In this document: positions 13,116-22,819 of the stretch, in pieces
How the letters are laid out: each line of letters opens with the position of its first letter
Position numbering within the stretch: the stretch's first letter is position 1
Assembly: GCF_054482595.1 (NCBI RefSeq)
Contig: NZ_CM137008.1
DNA length: 64,000 nt
Reading direction: 5' to 3' (one strand)
Made by a program: the position numbers and the translations under genes
The notes under the pieces: model-generated
The model's database searches: none
What the model saw: only the letters and a program-made list of their open reading frames with translations
Told to the model about the DNA's origin: nothing

Positions 13116-13701
13116 TCTGGCTAAAATCTATTGTTGGGGCTTTACTTACTGCGGCGACATCATCCGGTAAATAATTTTTCTTTGGCGTGTAATCCATGAC
13201 CTTTGCGGTTAATACAGCGGGGAATTTGCGGATAGTGACATTATATTGTTCAATGGCTTTAATATATCTTCCTCGCGCAACGGCAATTCTATTTTCACTT
13301 CCTTCGAGCTGTACCATTAAGTTTTGATAGAGTTCCTGAGATTTTAACTCAGGGTAACGCTCACTAATTATCGTTAACTGACCGAGAGTGCGAGTCACCT
13401 GCGCTTGAGCCTGTTGCCAGGCTTGTAATTTTTGTTCATCTCCCGGAGTTTGCTGAAGATCGCTACTGGCGCGATTAGCCTGGCTACGAGCCAATGTTAC
13501 GGCTTCCAGTACATCTCGTTCATGGCTGGAATAACCTTTAATGCTGGCGACAAGATTAGGAATAAGATCGGCGCGACGTTGATATTGATTCAATACCTCA
13601 GACCAGGAGGCGTTAACCTGCTCATCATAGGTTTGAATATCGTTATATCCACAGCCTGATAAATTGAAAATAAATATAATTACGATGAATATTCTGAGCA
13701 T
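13099..13701 (-). CDS. LemA-family protein, probable lipoprotein
   Basis: 200 aa ORF MLRIFIVIIFIFNLSGC with lipobox LSGC; LemA-like helical region; first gene of lemA-TPM-TPM-TPM operon. Confidence 0.75.
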   Translation of the reverse strand: MLRIFIVIIFIFNLSGCGYNDIQTYDEQVNASWSEVLNQYQRRADLIPNLVASIKGYSSHERDVLEAVTLARSQANRASSDLQQTPGDEQKLQAWQQAQAQVTRTLGQLTIISERYPELKSQELYQNLMVQLEGSENRIAVARGRYIKAIEQYNVTIRKFPAVLTAKVMDYTPKKNYLPDDVAAVSKAPTIDFSQNANAH

Positions 13702-13873
13702 GTTTAAATCCCTTTTAATTAATTCCTTAAAACATAATACTCTGCTTCATTTTATTCTTTATGATCTAATCCACTTTTTGCCATAAACCTGCCTGTAACA
13801 GAATGTTAATAAGACATGATTGTTGTGGCAGGATCTGCAATAATTAACAATTATCCACTTCACAGAGAATGCT

Positions 13874-14545
13874 ATGCAGTACCCGATTAACGAGATGTTC
13901 CAGACCCTGCAAGGTGAGGGTTACTTTACCGGCGTCCCCGCCATTTTTATTCGTTTACAGGGATGCCCGGTTGGCTGTGCCTGGTGCGACACCAAACACA
14001 CCTGGGAAAAGCTTGAGGATCGGGAAGTCTCCCTTTTCAGCATTCTGGCGAAGACCAAAGAGAGTGATAAGTGGGGGGCGGCGAGCAGTGAAGACTTGCT
14101 GGCTGTCATTGGTCGCCAGGGATATACCGCGCGGCATGTGGTGATTACGGGTGGTGAGCCTTGCATTCATGATTTGCTGCCACTGACTGACCTGCTCGAA
14201 AAGAACGGTTTTAGCTGCCAGATCGAAACCAGTGGTACTCATGAGGTACGCTGCACACCGAATACCTGGGTTACCGTATCGCCAAAGCTGAACATGCGCG
14301 GCGGCTATGAAGTGTTGTCACAGGCACTGGAGCGAGCCAACGAAATCAAGCATCCAGTGGGGCGCGTACGTGATATTGAAGCACTGGATGAACTTTTGGC
14401 GACGCTGACCGATGATAAACCGCGAGTCATTGCACTGCAGCCGATTAGCCAAAAGGATGATGCCACACGTTTGTGCATTGAAACCTGCATTGCGCGTAAT
14501 TGGCGTTTGTCGATGCAAACCCATAAATATTTAAATATTGCCTGA
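13874..14545 (+). CDS. queE: 7-carboxy-7-deazaguanine synthase QueE (YgcF)
   Basis: 223 aa ORF MQYPINEMFQTLQGEGYFTGVPAIFIRLQGCPVGCAWCDTKH; radical-SAM Cys motif. Confidence 0.93.
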   Translation: MQYPINEMFQTLQGEGYFTGVPAIFIRLQGCPVGCAWCDTKHTWEKLEDREVSLFSILAKTKESDKWGAASSEDLLAVIGRQGYTARHVVITGGEPCIHDLLPLTDLLEKNGFSCQIETSGTHEVRCTPNTWVTVSPKLNMRGGYEVLSQALERANEIKHPVGRVRDIEALDELLATLTDDKPRVIALQPISQKDDATRLCIETCIARNWRLSMQTHKYLNIA

Positions 14546-14883
14546 TTAAACATTTATAAGCGTTATAAATGGGTGGAACCTGTAAAGACTTCTACTCATT
14601 TATATTCTTTGTCGTCTCTGAAAAACCTCCATTTTGCCCATCCTGAACTAATCATTATCATTCTCTACAAATTCTGTGGCGTTAATTTTTCGCTGGAGTG
14701 AAAATTATTGCGGTAAAGTTTGGTAGATTTTAGTTTGTATAGAGTTATTTTAAATATTTACCTTTTTAATCAATTGGTTAAGTGCTCTTTAACATAATGG
14801 ATGTGTTGTTTGTGTGATACTGTAAAGTTGGTAGATTGTGACTGGCTTAAAAAATCATTAATTAATAATAGGTTATGTTTAGA
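14546..14883 (+). promoter_or_regulatory. AT-rich CRISPR leader for array A
   Basis: AT-rich segment ending ...ctggcttaaaaaatcattaattaataataggttatgtttaga immediately before first repeat; same ttaga junction as the cas2-proximal leader. Confidence 0.75.
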
Positions 14884-15339
14884 GAGTTCCCCGCGCCAGC
14901 GGGGATAAACCGGCCTGGCGATTTCTCGTCAGGCCTTGCGGTGTGAGTTCCCCGCGCCAGCGGGGATAAACCGTCAGTAAAGCGGCGCCCACTGATATCG
15001 GATTAGAGTTCCCCGCGCCAGCGGGGATAAACCGAGGGGCAGGGAGTGACGCTGGAGCAGGCGATCGAGTTCCCCGCGCCAGCGGGGATAAACCGGGAAA
15101 TTAGGCAAATGTGAACACGGCGGCCCCGAGTTCCCCGCGCCAGCGGGGATAAACCGCCAGTATTTTGTCGTGGATTGCGGGATCACCAGAGTTCCCCGCG
15201 CCAGCGGGGATAAACCGTTGAGTTTGTTCGTAACAACGCGGGTCATCTGGAGTTCCCCGCGGCAGCGGGGATAAACCGGGTACAAAAGAGGCCCCATTCT
15301 GGCAGGGCTCAAGTTCCCCGCGCCAGTGGGGATAAACCA
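14884..15339 (+). CRISPR. Type I-E CRISPR array A: 8 repeats, 7 spacers of 32 nt
   Basis: Repeat gagttccccgcgccagcggggataaaccg at 14884, 14945, 15006, 15067, 15128, 15189, 15250 (c13g variant), 15311 (degenerate terminal); exact 61-bp period. Confidence 0.97.
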
Positions 15340-15793
15340 CCATATAACCCGTTATCTCTTTCTCAAGTTTTTATATTAGCAGTACTCGTAATAAGCAACA
15401 TATCCACGTAACACCTCATGTTCAAAATAGTTCCCCATGCCAGATAAGTTCACAATTATCGATACAAAAAATCAAATTTAATCAAAGTGTTATTTGTATA
15501 ATCCTTAAACCGTTAAGAAATTTTAATGTATTATTTTTTTTAATATTAATTAATGCCTGTTAATTTTTTCTTTAGAATAACAGTGTGTTTTTTAAGCTTG
15601 TTATTCATTGATTAAGTAATAAATCTGGAAATTTGTCTTTGTTTTGAGGCTAATGAGTGGTTTTACATAACCGCCTCTATACGCTGTTGATGAATGGTTC
15701 TTATGAATAAAGATATCCAGTTCATACTTTAAGTGTAAATTGATAAAGTGCGATTCGTATTGTCTTTTATTCTAAAGACATCGAGTGTAGTTA

Positions 15794-15932
15794 ATATTCC
15801 TTGTAAAAACAGGGATAAACCGAACTAGTTAAAGTTTTTATTATGTTCCCTGCATCAGCGGGGATAAACCGGACTTGTTATCATTTTTTAAGTTGTCGAA
15901 CTTATGTTCCCCGCGTCAGCGGGGATAACCAT
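15794..15932 (+). CRISPR. Decayed CRISPR remnant (3 degenerate repeats)
   Basis: Degenerate repeats at about 15794, 15843 (atgttccctgcatcagcggggataaaccg) and 15904 (atgttccccgcgtcagcggggataaccat); spacers 20 and 32 nt. Confidence 0.7.
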
Positions 15933-15977
15933 TCAGGTATGTTCAGGCCGGGCTGTTTCCCGCCCGGCCTTCCTCAC

Positions 15978-17456
15978 TTACGCATTCGACCAGCTCTGGA
16001 TCGAATCCGCATTTCCCAATTCCCCATGCATCACTTCATACGATTTTTTCAGAATCACATCAGTATGTTTGGTTAGGTCTTTGAAAATGCCTTTATTCAT
16101 CGCGTCGTAGCGTTTGGCATTGCTCTCAATCGGTATAAAGATATCTTTCACGCGAACCATTTTATCGACAGCCGTTGCGTAATCCGGGTATAGCCCCAGA
16201 CCTACCGCTGTATTAATCGCTGCCCCCAGGCTTGCACAACCGTTAATGGCGTTACGTCGTGCCGGAAGGTTGAACACGTCGGCAAAAATCTGCATAAACA
16301 GATCGCTGTTCGAACCGCCGCCAGTAATGATTACATGCTTCGCAAAGTGATTCATTTCATTACACATATTGTCGTAATTGTTCTTCAGCGTCAGCGCCAC
16401 GCTTTCCAGTATCGAACGATATATCCATGCGTAATCCATGCTGGAATCAAAGCCGATCATAATCCCGCGTTTGTACGGTTCCCACGGATTGGTCAGCCAG
16501 TCCAGCACCGTCATCAGCCCATTACAGCCAGGTGGCACACTAGAGGCTTTCTTGTTGAGTAAATCTTCCGGTGAAAGATCCTGCGCCCTGGCATCCTGAA
16601 TTAACGACTCGCCTAACATGTCGCGCAGCCAGCTCACCGTCCACATGCCTTTGCGAATACCGTAACCTTCATACAGCAATGTTTGCGGAATAGAAGACAT
16701 AATCGGCCAGTACGCCACCGGATCTTTCGGCAAGGCTTTGCCGTTCATCATCAATGCGATGTAAGTGCCAAGAGAAATTACCGCAGTTTCATCATCCAGT
16801 AATCCGGCCCCCAGAGCTTCTACCGGTTTATCACTGGTGGTACAAACAACCGGCAGTCCTGCCGGGAAATGTGTCGCCAGTGCGGCTTGTGGTGTGATCT
16901 GTCCAAGGACGGTGCCAGGCATTTGCACATCAAACAGCATATGACGGGGGATATTAAACTTATCCATTACCGCAGCATCTTCACTCCATGCCCAGGTCTT
17001 ATAATCCACCGGCCACTGACCAAAATAGTTGGCGATATTGTCTTTAAACTCGCCGGTTAAGCGATGCGTCAGATAACCCGAAAAAGAGGTGACATAGGCC
17101 ACGTCAGGATTAGTGTGTTCGTAGGGACGCGTTACGCGTGCATCCTGCCAGCTAATCAATGGCGCAGCTGGCGTGCCATCGGCTTTCAATAACGCACGGC
17201 AGCAACGGATGGATCCCAGACCAATACCGACAATATCTTCTTTATTCCCGGCAAACTGACTCATCAAATCGTGACCGGCAAAACATAATGATGCCCATAA
17301 ATCGTCGTCAGGATGTTCTGCGGTATCGGCATCTGGCGTGTGCATCGGCTGCAATAAACCTTTGCCTTCGCAAACCACGTTACCTTCCAGATCGTACATC
17401 ACCACTTTTGTGCTCTGACTTCCGCCATCAATCCCTATGATGTATTTCTTCGACAT
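15978..17456 (-). CDS. ygcE: FGGY-family carbohydrate kinase YgcE
   Basis: 492 aa ORF MSKKYIIGIDGGSQSTKVVMYDLEGNVV. Confidence 0.9.
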   Translation of the reverse strand: MSKKYIIGIDGGSQSTKVVMYDLEGNVVCEGKGLLQPMHTPDADTAEHPDDDLWASLCFAGHDLMSQFAGNKEDIVGIGLGSIRCCRALLKADGTPAAPLISWQDARVTRPYEHTNPDVAYVTSFSGYLTHRLTGEFKDNIANYFGQWPVDYKTWAWSEDAAVMDKFNIPRHMLFDVQMPGTVLGQITPQAALATHFPAGLPVVCTTSDKPVEALGAGLLDDETAVISLGTYIALMMNGKALPKDPVAYWPIMSSIPQTLLYEGYGIRKGMWTVSWLRDMLGESLIQDARAQDLSPEDLLNKKASSVPPGCNGLMTVLDWLTNPWEPYKRGIMIGFDSSMDYAWIYRSILESVALTLKNNYDNMCNEMNHFAKHVIITGGGSNSDLFMQIFADVFNLPARRNAINGCASLGAAINTAVGLGLYPDYATAVDKMVRVKDIFIPIESNAKRYDAMNKGIFKDLTKHTDVILKKSYEVMHGELGNADSIQSWSNA

Positions 17457-17482
17457 GATTTTTCTCCTGTAATTTTCCTGGC

Positions 17483-18760
17483 TTACTTGCTGCTAGCCAT
17501 TGCGGGGGCGCTATCAGCAGTACGAATTTTTTGGAACAGCAAAAAGGTAAAGACAATCACCATGGCAAGCGCCGCCATGCCCATCAGCCACATATTGCGG
17601 TAGGCTTCTGCTGCGGGCAGGGTGTCTTGCCAGTGGCCGATAATTGGGTAAACGAAGACATCCGGCAGGAATCCAATCACCGAGCAAATACCTACCGTGG
17701 TGCCCATAATGTAAGACGGTGTTCTCGCTTCGCCAGGGCAGGCCCAGTACAGCCCGCGTGAGGCGTAACAGGTGAATCCCAGCAGTAAAATCAGGCCAAT
17801 CCCCATCGCGACCGATTGCGGGTTAGAGTTCGTGACGAGCAGGGCAGTTAACGCCAGCAGGCCGAGTACGGAAAGGATTTGGATCACGCGGGTAGGGGAT
17901 TTCACTTTGCTGTAGGTGGTGATTATGCCGCCAAGTGGGCCGCACAGCGCGCGGAAGATTTTGTTGATCACAATCCCCATGTAGCTCGCCGCCACCAGCG
18001 ACATGCCGTACATTTCGGTCAGATAGTTGGTGGAGTAACTCAGAATGGCGTAGATGGTGAAGACACCAAAAATCACCATGCTGCAATACCAGGTGGTACT
18101 GATACGCAAAACGGCCAGGATATCGCTAAGCTGGAATGACTGTTTTTCTTCGTTATTGGCACTGCGCAGGTTGTTGTTATCGCTAACAAAAAACCAGCAC
18201 AGAAGCCCCAACAAGATGTAAACCACACTGTAGATGATAATGACCGTTTTCAGGCTGGCGCTGTCATCCGGTGCAAAGCGAGAAAAGACCCACATGGTAA
18301 ACACCGCCAGCGACATTACACCGACGCCGCGCAGCCCTTCCATCCAGCCCATAATTTTCCCTTGCTCGCTATGATCGCCAAGCAACGATGCGGCTTTAAT
18401 CGACACCGACCACAGCATTAAAATCGTCGTTATCGCAAAGGCGACCTGAATACAGAGCATTACCCACAGCGGTGGATACGTTGCCATTAACAGACCCAGT
18501 AATCCGGTAATGATCATCGCGGAAGTAATCATTTTGCGATGTGAGAATTTATCAGCAATAACGCCGCTGGGGGCATAAAGAATAATAGCTGCAATACCAA
18601 AGGTACTCATTATTAAACCTATCTCGGTATTGCTGAATCCCATAAATTTCGCCATGGGAATTTGATAAATATAACGTAAATAAGCCAGGTCGAAACTAAC
18701 GCCGCCGCTAAAACTAATTATCGCGAGGGTTATCCAACGGCGATATGAGTTGTGTTGCAT
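17483..18760 (-). CDS. yqcE: MFS transporter YqcE
   Basis: 425 aa ORF, strongly hydrophobic, about 12 predicted TM helices; co-oriented upstream of ygcE. Confidence 0.88.
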   Translation of the reverse strand: MQHNSYRRWITLAIISFSGGVSFDLAYLRYIYQIPMAKFMGFSNTEIGLIMSTFGIAAIILYAPSGVIADKFSHRKMITSAMIITGLLGLLMATYPPLWVMLCIQVAFAITTILMLWSVSIKAASLLGDHSEQGKIMGWMEGLRGVGVMSLAVFTMWVFSRFAPDDSASLKTVIIIYSVVYILLGLLCWFFVSDNNNLRSANNEEKQSFQLSDILAVLRISTTWYCSMVIFGVFTIYAILSYSTNYLTEMYGMSLVAASYMGIVINKIFRALCGPLGGIITTYSKVKSPTRVIQILSVLGLLALTALLVTNSNPQSVAMGIGLILLLGFTCYASRGLYWACPGEARTPSYIMGTTVGICSVIGFLPDVFVYPIIGHWQDTLPAAEAYRNMWLMGMAALAMVIVFTFLLFQKIRTADSAPAMASSK

Positions 18761-19006
18761 ATCGTATTCCCATTTGTAATAGACAAAAAAAAGAGAAAAG
18801 TAAGCCGCCCTTTCAGGTGGATTACTTTTCTCAGGTCTCTAGTAATTGAAATAATAAATAACATGGAAAGCAGAGGTGTTGTGTGAGAGTAATCACGCTT
18901 CTGCTTTTTAAAACTATTTGATAATGCGAATATCACACTGTGATTACGATCACATTAGCAGTTATGCCCTTATGCTAAAAATTATCTCCAGTTACCAGAG
19001 ATAATG

Positions 19007-19054
19007 AGAAAGGTAACTTCCCTCTCGCGGGGGAAGTTACCTTTCTTTTTTTTT
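19007..19054 (+). terminator. Intrinsic terminator-like hairpin in ygcW 5' leader (candidate attenuator)
   Basis: 18-bp stem 19007-19024 / 19029-19046 (one G-U), 4-nt loop tcgc, then 8 T; ends 24 nt before ygcW ATG. Confidence 0.6.
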
Positions 19055-19078
19055 GCCTTACGGAAATTGGAGCTAACT

Positions 19079-19864
19079 ATGTCAATCGAATCTCTCAATG
19101 CGTTCTCAATGGATTTTTTCTCCCTGAAAGGTAAAACCGCAATTGTTACCGGCGGGAATAGCGGTTTAGGCCAGGCATTTGCCATGGCGTTGGCCAAAGC
19201 AGGCGCAAATGTCTTTATTCCTAGCTTCGTCAAAGATAACGGCGAAACAAAGGAAATGATTGAAAAACAGGGTGTTGAAGTTGATTTTATGCAGGTGGAT
19301 ATCACCGCAGAAGGCGCGCCGCAGAAGATTATCGCTGCTTGCTGTGAGCGTTTCGGAACAGTTGATATTCTGGTTAACAATGCCGGTATTTGTAAGCTGA
19401 ATAAGGTGCTGGACTTTGGTCGAGCCGACTGGGACCCGATGATTGATGTGAACCTGACCGCCGCATTCGAGTTAAGCTACGAAGCGGCAAAAATTATGAT
19501 CCCGCAGAAAAGCGGTAAAATTATTAATATCTGTTCATTGTTCTCTTACTTAGGTGGACAATGGTCACCTGCATATTCTGCCACTAAACATGCTCTTGCC
19601 GGATTCACCAAAGCTTATTGTGATGAACTAGGTCAATATAATATTCAGGTAAATGGTATCGCCCCTGGCTATTATGCAACAGATATTACGCTGGCGACAC
19701 GCAGTAATCCAGAAACCAATCAGCGCGTTCTTGATCATATTCCGGCAAACCGTTGGGGCGATACTCAGGATTTAATGGGCGCAGCCGTGTTTCTCGCAAG
19801 TCAGGCATCGAATTATGTCAACGGGCATTTATTAGTGGTCGATGGCGGTTATTTAGTGCGCTAA
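19079..19864 (+). CDS. ygcW: Short-chain dehydrogenase/reductase YgcW
   Basis: Start MSIESLNAF at 19079 with GGAG 8 nt upstream; TGGNSGLG Rossmann motif; ORF-track start 19004 is an in-frame upstream extension through the hairpin. Confidence 0.9.
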   Translation: MSIESLNAFSMDFFSLKGKTAIVTGGNSGLGQAFAMALAKAGANVFIPSFVKDNGETKEMIEKQGVEVDFMQVDITAEGAPQKIIAACCERFGTVDILVNNAGICKLNKVLDFGRADWDPMIDVNLTAAFELSYEAAKIMIPQKSGKIINICSLFSYLGGQWSPAYSATKHALAGFTKAYCDELGQYNIQVNGIAPGYYATDITLATRSNPETNQRVLDHIPANRWGDTQDLMGAAVFLASQASNYVNGHLLVVDGGYLVR

Positions 19865-19933
19865 CCCATAACGGTGGTTTCTGTTTTCTCTTATTAATGA
19901 TTATTCCATTTTTATTATCAGGAAGGAATTACT

Positions 19934-21388
19934 ATGTCTTTATCTCGCGCAGCGATTGTCGACCAGCTAAAGGAAATTGTTGGTGCAGATCGCGTAATTA
20001 CCGATGAAACAGTATTAAAGAAGAACAGTATTGACCGTTTTCGTAAATTTCCGGATATTCATGGCATTTATACTTTGCCGATTCCGGCAGCGGTCGTAAA
20101 ACTCGGTTCCACAGAACAAGTCTCCCGTGTGCTGAATTTTATGAATGCGCACAAAATTAACGGTGTGCCGCGTACCGGTGCTTCCGCCACCGAAGGTGGG
20201 CTGGAAACTGTTGTAGAAAACTCGGTGGTGCTCGACGGCTCCGCCATGAATCAAATCATTAATATTGATATTGAGAATATGCAGGCGACGGCGCAATGTG
20301 GCGTTCCCCTGGAAGTGCTGGAAAACGCGTTGCGTGAAAAAGGTTACACCACGGGGCATTCTCCGCAGTCAAAGCCGCTGGCGCAGATGGGCGGCCTGGT
20401 AGCAACCCGCAGTATCGGGCAGTTCTCCACACTCTACGGCGCAATCGAAGATATGGTCGTTGGTCTGGAAGCAGTATTGGCTGATGGCACCGTCACACGC
20501 ATTAAAAACGTGCCACGCCGCGCGGCTGGCCCGGACATTCGTCACATCATCATCGGCAACGAAGGTGCATTGTGCTATATCACTGAAGTAACAGTGAAAA
20601 TCTTTAAATTCACCCCGAAAAACAACCTCTTCTACGGCTATATCCTGGAAGACATGAAAACCGGCTTCAACATCCTGCGTGAAATCATGGTGGAAGGGTA
20701 TCGTCCGTCGATCGCTCGTTTGTATGACGCTGAAGATGGCACCCAACACTTCACCCATTTTGCCGACGGAAAATGTGTGCTGATCTTTATGGCTGAAGGT
20801 AACCCTCGCATTGCGAAGGCGACGGGCGAAGGGATTGCGGAAATCGTTGCCCGCTACCCGCAGTGCCAGCGCGTGGACAGCAAACTGATCGAAACCTGGT
20901 TTAACAACCTGAACTGGGGACCGGATAAAGTGGCTGCCGAACGTGTGCAAATCCTCAAAACCGGCAACATGGGCTTTACCACTGAAGTGTCCGGCTGCTG
21001 GAGCTGCATCCACGAAATCTACGAAAGCGTTATTAACCGTATTCGTATCGAGTTCCCGCACGCCGACGACATCACTATGCTGGGTGGTCACTCCTCTCAT
21101 AGCTATCAGAACGGCACCAACATGTACTTCGTCTACGACTACAACGTTGTCAACTGTAAGCCGGAAGAGGAAATCGACAAGTACCACAATCCGCTCAACA
21201 AAATCATCTGCGAAGAAACCATTCGCCTCGGCGGTTCGATGGTGCACCACCACGGCATTGGTAAACATCGCGTTCACTGGAGCAAGCTGGAACACGGCAG
21301 CGCGTGGGCGTTGCTGGAAGGGCTGAAAAAGCAATTCGATCCTAACGGCATTATGAATACGGGTACTATCTATCCGATTGAAAAATAA
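19934..21388 (+). CDS. ygcU: FAD-linked oxidase YgcU
   Basis: 484 aa ORF MSLSRAAIVDQLKEIVGADRVITDETVLKKNSIDRF. Confidence 0.9.
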   Translation: MSLSRAAIVDQLKEIVGADRVITDETVLKKNSIDRFRKFPDIHGIYTLPIPAAVVKLGSTEQVSRVLNFMNAHKINGVPRTGASATEGGLETVVENSVVLDGSAMNQIINIDIENMQATAQCGVPLEVLENALREKGYTTGHSPQSKPLAQMGGLVATRSIGQFSTLYGAIEDMVVGLEAVLADGTVTRIKNVPRRAAGPDIRHIIIGNEGALCYITEVTVKIFKFTPKNNLFYGYILEDMKTGFNILREIMVEGYRPSIARLYDAEDGTQHFTHFADGKCVLIFMAEGNPRIAKATGEGIAEIVARYPQCQRVDSKLIETWFNNLNWGPDKVAAERVQILKTGNMGFTTEVSGCWSCIHEIYESVINRIRIEFPHADDITMLGGHSSHSYQNGTNMYFVYDYNVVNCKPEEEIDKYHNPLNKIICEETIRLGGSMVHHHGIGKHRVHWSKLEHGSAWALLEGLKKQFDPNGIMNTGTIYPIEK

Positions 21389-21481
21389 TGTGTCAGGCAG
21401 CGTTCCGCGATGATGGGGCGTTGCCTTTTCGGCTTCTCAGGCGAGAAGCCGTTCTTATTACCGGACAATGAAGGGGTAAAG

Positions 21482-22819
21482 ATGAACACTTCACCGGTGC
21501 GAATGGATGATTTACCGCTTAACCGTTTTCACTGTCGAATTGCTGCGCTCACTTTCGGCGCACACCTGACCGACGGTTATGTTCTCGGCGTCATTGGTTA
21601 CGCCATTATTCAACTTACGCCCGCCATGCAACTGACGCCGTTTATGGCGGGAATGATCGGCGGCTCGGCGCTCCTTGGTTTGTTTCTTGGCAGCCTGGTT
21701 CTTGGGTGGATCTCCGACCATATTGGTCGGCAAAAAATCTTCACCTTCAGCTTTTTGCTGATTACGCTCGCTTCGTTCCTGCAATTTTTTGCCACCACGC
21801 CAGAGCATCTTATTGGACTGCGCATTTTGATCGGCATTGGTCTGGGAGGCGATTACTCAGTAGGTCACACCTTGCTGGCTGAATTTTCCCCGCGCCGCCA
21901 TCGCGGTGTTTTGCTGGGCGCATTCAGCGTGGTGTGGACCGTAGGCTATGTGTTAGCAAGTATTGCCGGACATCACTTTATTAGCGAAAGCCCGGAGGCC
22001 TGGCGCTGGCTGCTGGCATCGGCAGCTATGCCCGCGTTGTTGATTACGTTATTACGCTGGGGAACGCCAGAATCGCCACGCTGGCTACTGCGCCAGGGGC
22101 GTTTTGCAGAAGCTCACGCTATCGTGCATCGCTATTTTGGTCCCCATGTTTTACTGGGCGATGAAGTGGCAACGGCGACCCATAAACACATCAAAACCTT
22201 GTTCTCTTCGCGCTACTGGCGGCGCACGGCGTTTAACAGCGTCTTCTTTGTCTGCCTCGTAATCCCATGGTTTGTGATTTATACCTGGCTGCCAACTATC
22301 GCCCAGACTATTGGTCTAGAAGATGCGCTGACTGCCAGCCTGATGCTTAATGCGTTGTTAATTGTGGGCGCGCTGCTGGGATTAGTTCTGACGCACCTGC
22401 TGGCACATCGCAAATTTTTGCTGGGAAGTTTTTTGCTGCTGGCGGCAACGCTGGTAGTAGTGGCCTGTTTGCCTTCCGGCAGTTCATTAACGCTGCTGCT
22501 TTTTGTTCTCTTCAGCACCACCATTTCGGCAGTCAGTAATCTGGTGGGCATTTTGCCTGCGGAAAGTTTTCCTACTGACATTCGCTCGCTGGGCGTCGGT
22601 TTTGCCACCGCCATGAGCCGGTTGGGCGCGGCGGTAAGTACTGGCCTGCTGCCGTGGGTGCTGGCGCAGTGGGGAATGCAAGTTACCTTATTGATCCTGG
22701 CGGCAGTGTTGTTGGTTGGTTTTGTTGTGACCTGGCTATGGGCACCAGAAACCAAAGCACTCCCGCTGGTGGCGGCGGGAAATGTAGGAGGTGCGAATGA
22801 ACATTCTGTTAGCGTTTAA
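21482..22819 (+). CDS. ygcS: MFS sugar-type transporter YgcS
   Basis: Start MNTSPVRMDDLPLNRF inside ORF 21410..22819; sugar-transporter-like PESPRWL motif. Confidence 0.88.
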   Translation: MNTSPVRMDDLPLNRFHCRIAALTFGAHLTDGYVLGVIGYAIIQLTPAMQLTPFMAGMIGGSALLGLFLGSLVLGWISDHIGRQKIFTFSFLLITLASFLQFFATTPEHLIGLRILIGIGLGGDYSVGHTLLAEFSPRRHRGVLLGAFSVVWTVGYVLASIAGHHFISESPEAWRWLLASAAMPALLITLLRWGTPESPRWLLRQGRFAEAHAIVHRYFGPHVLLGDEVATATHKHIKTLFSSRYWRRTAFNSVFFVCLVIPWFVIYTWLPTIAQTIGLEDALTASLMLNALLIVGALLGLVLTHLLAHRKFLLGSFLLLAATLVVVACLPSGSSLTLLLFVLFSTTISAVSNLVGILPAESFPTDIRSLGVGFATAMSRLGAAVSTGLLPWVLAQWGMQVTLLILAAVLLVGFVVTWLWAPETKALPLVAAGNVGGANEHSVSV

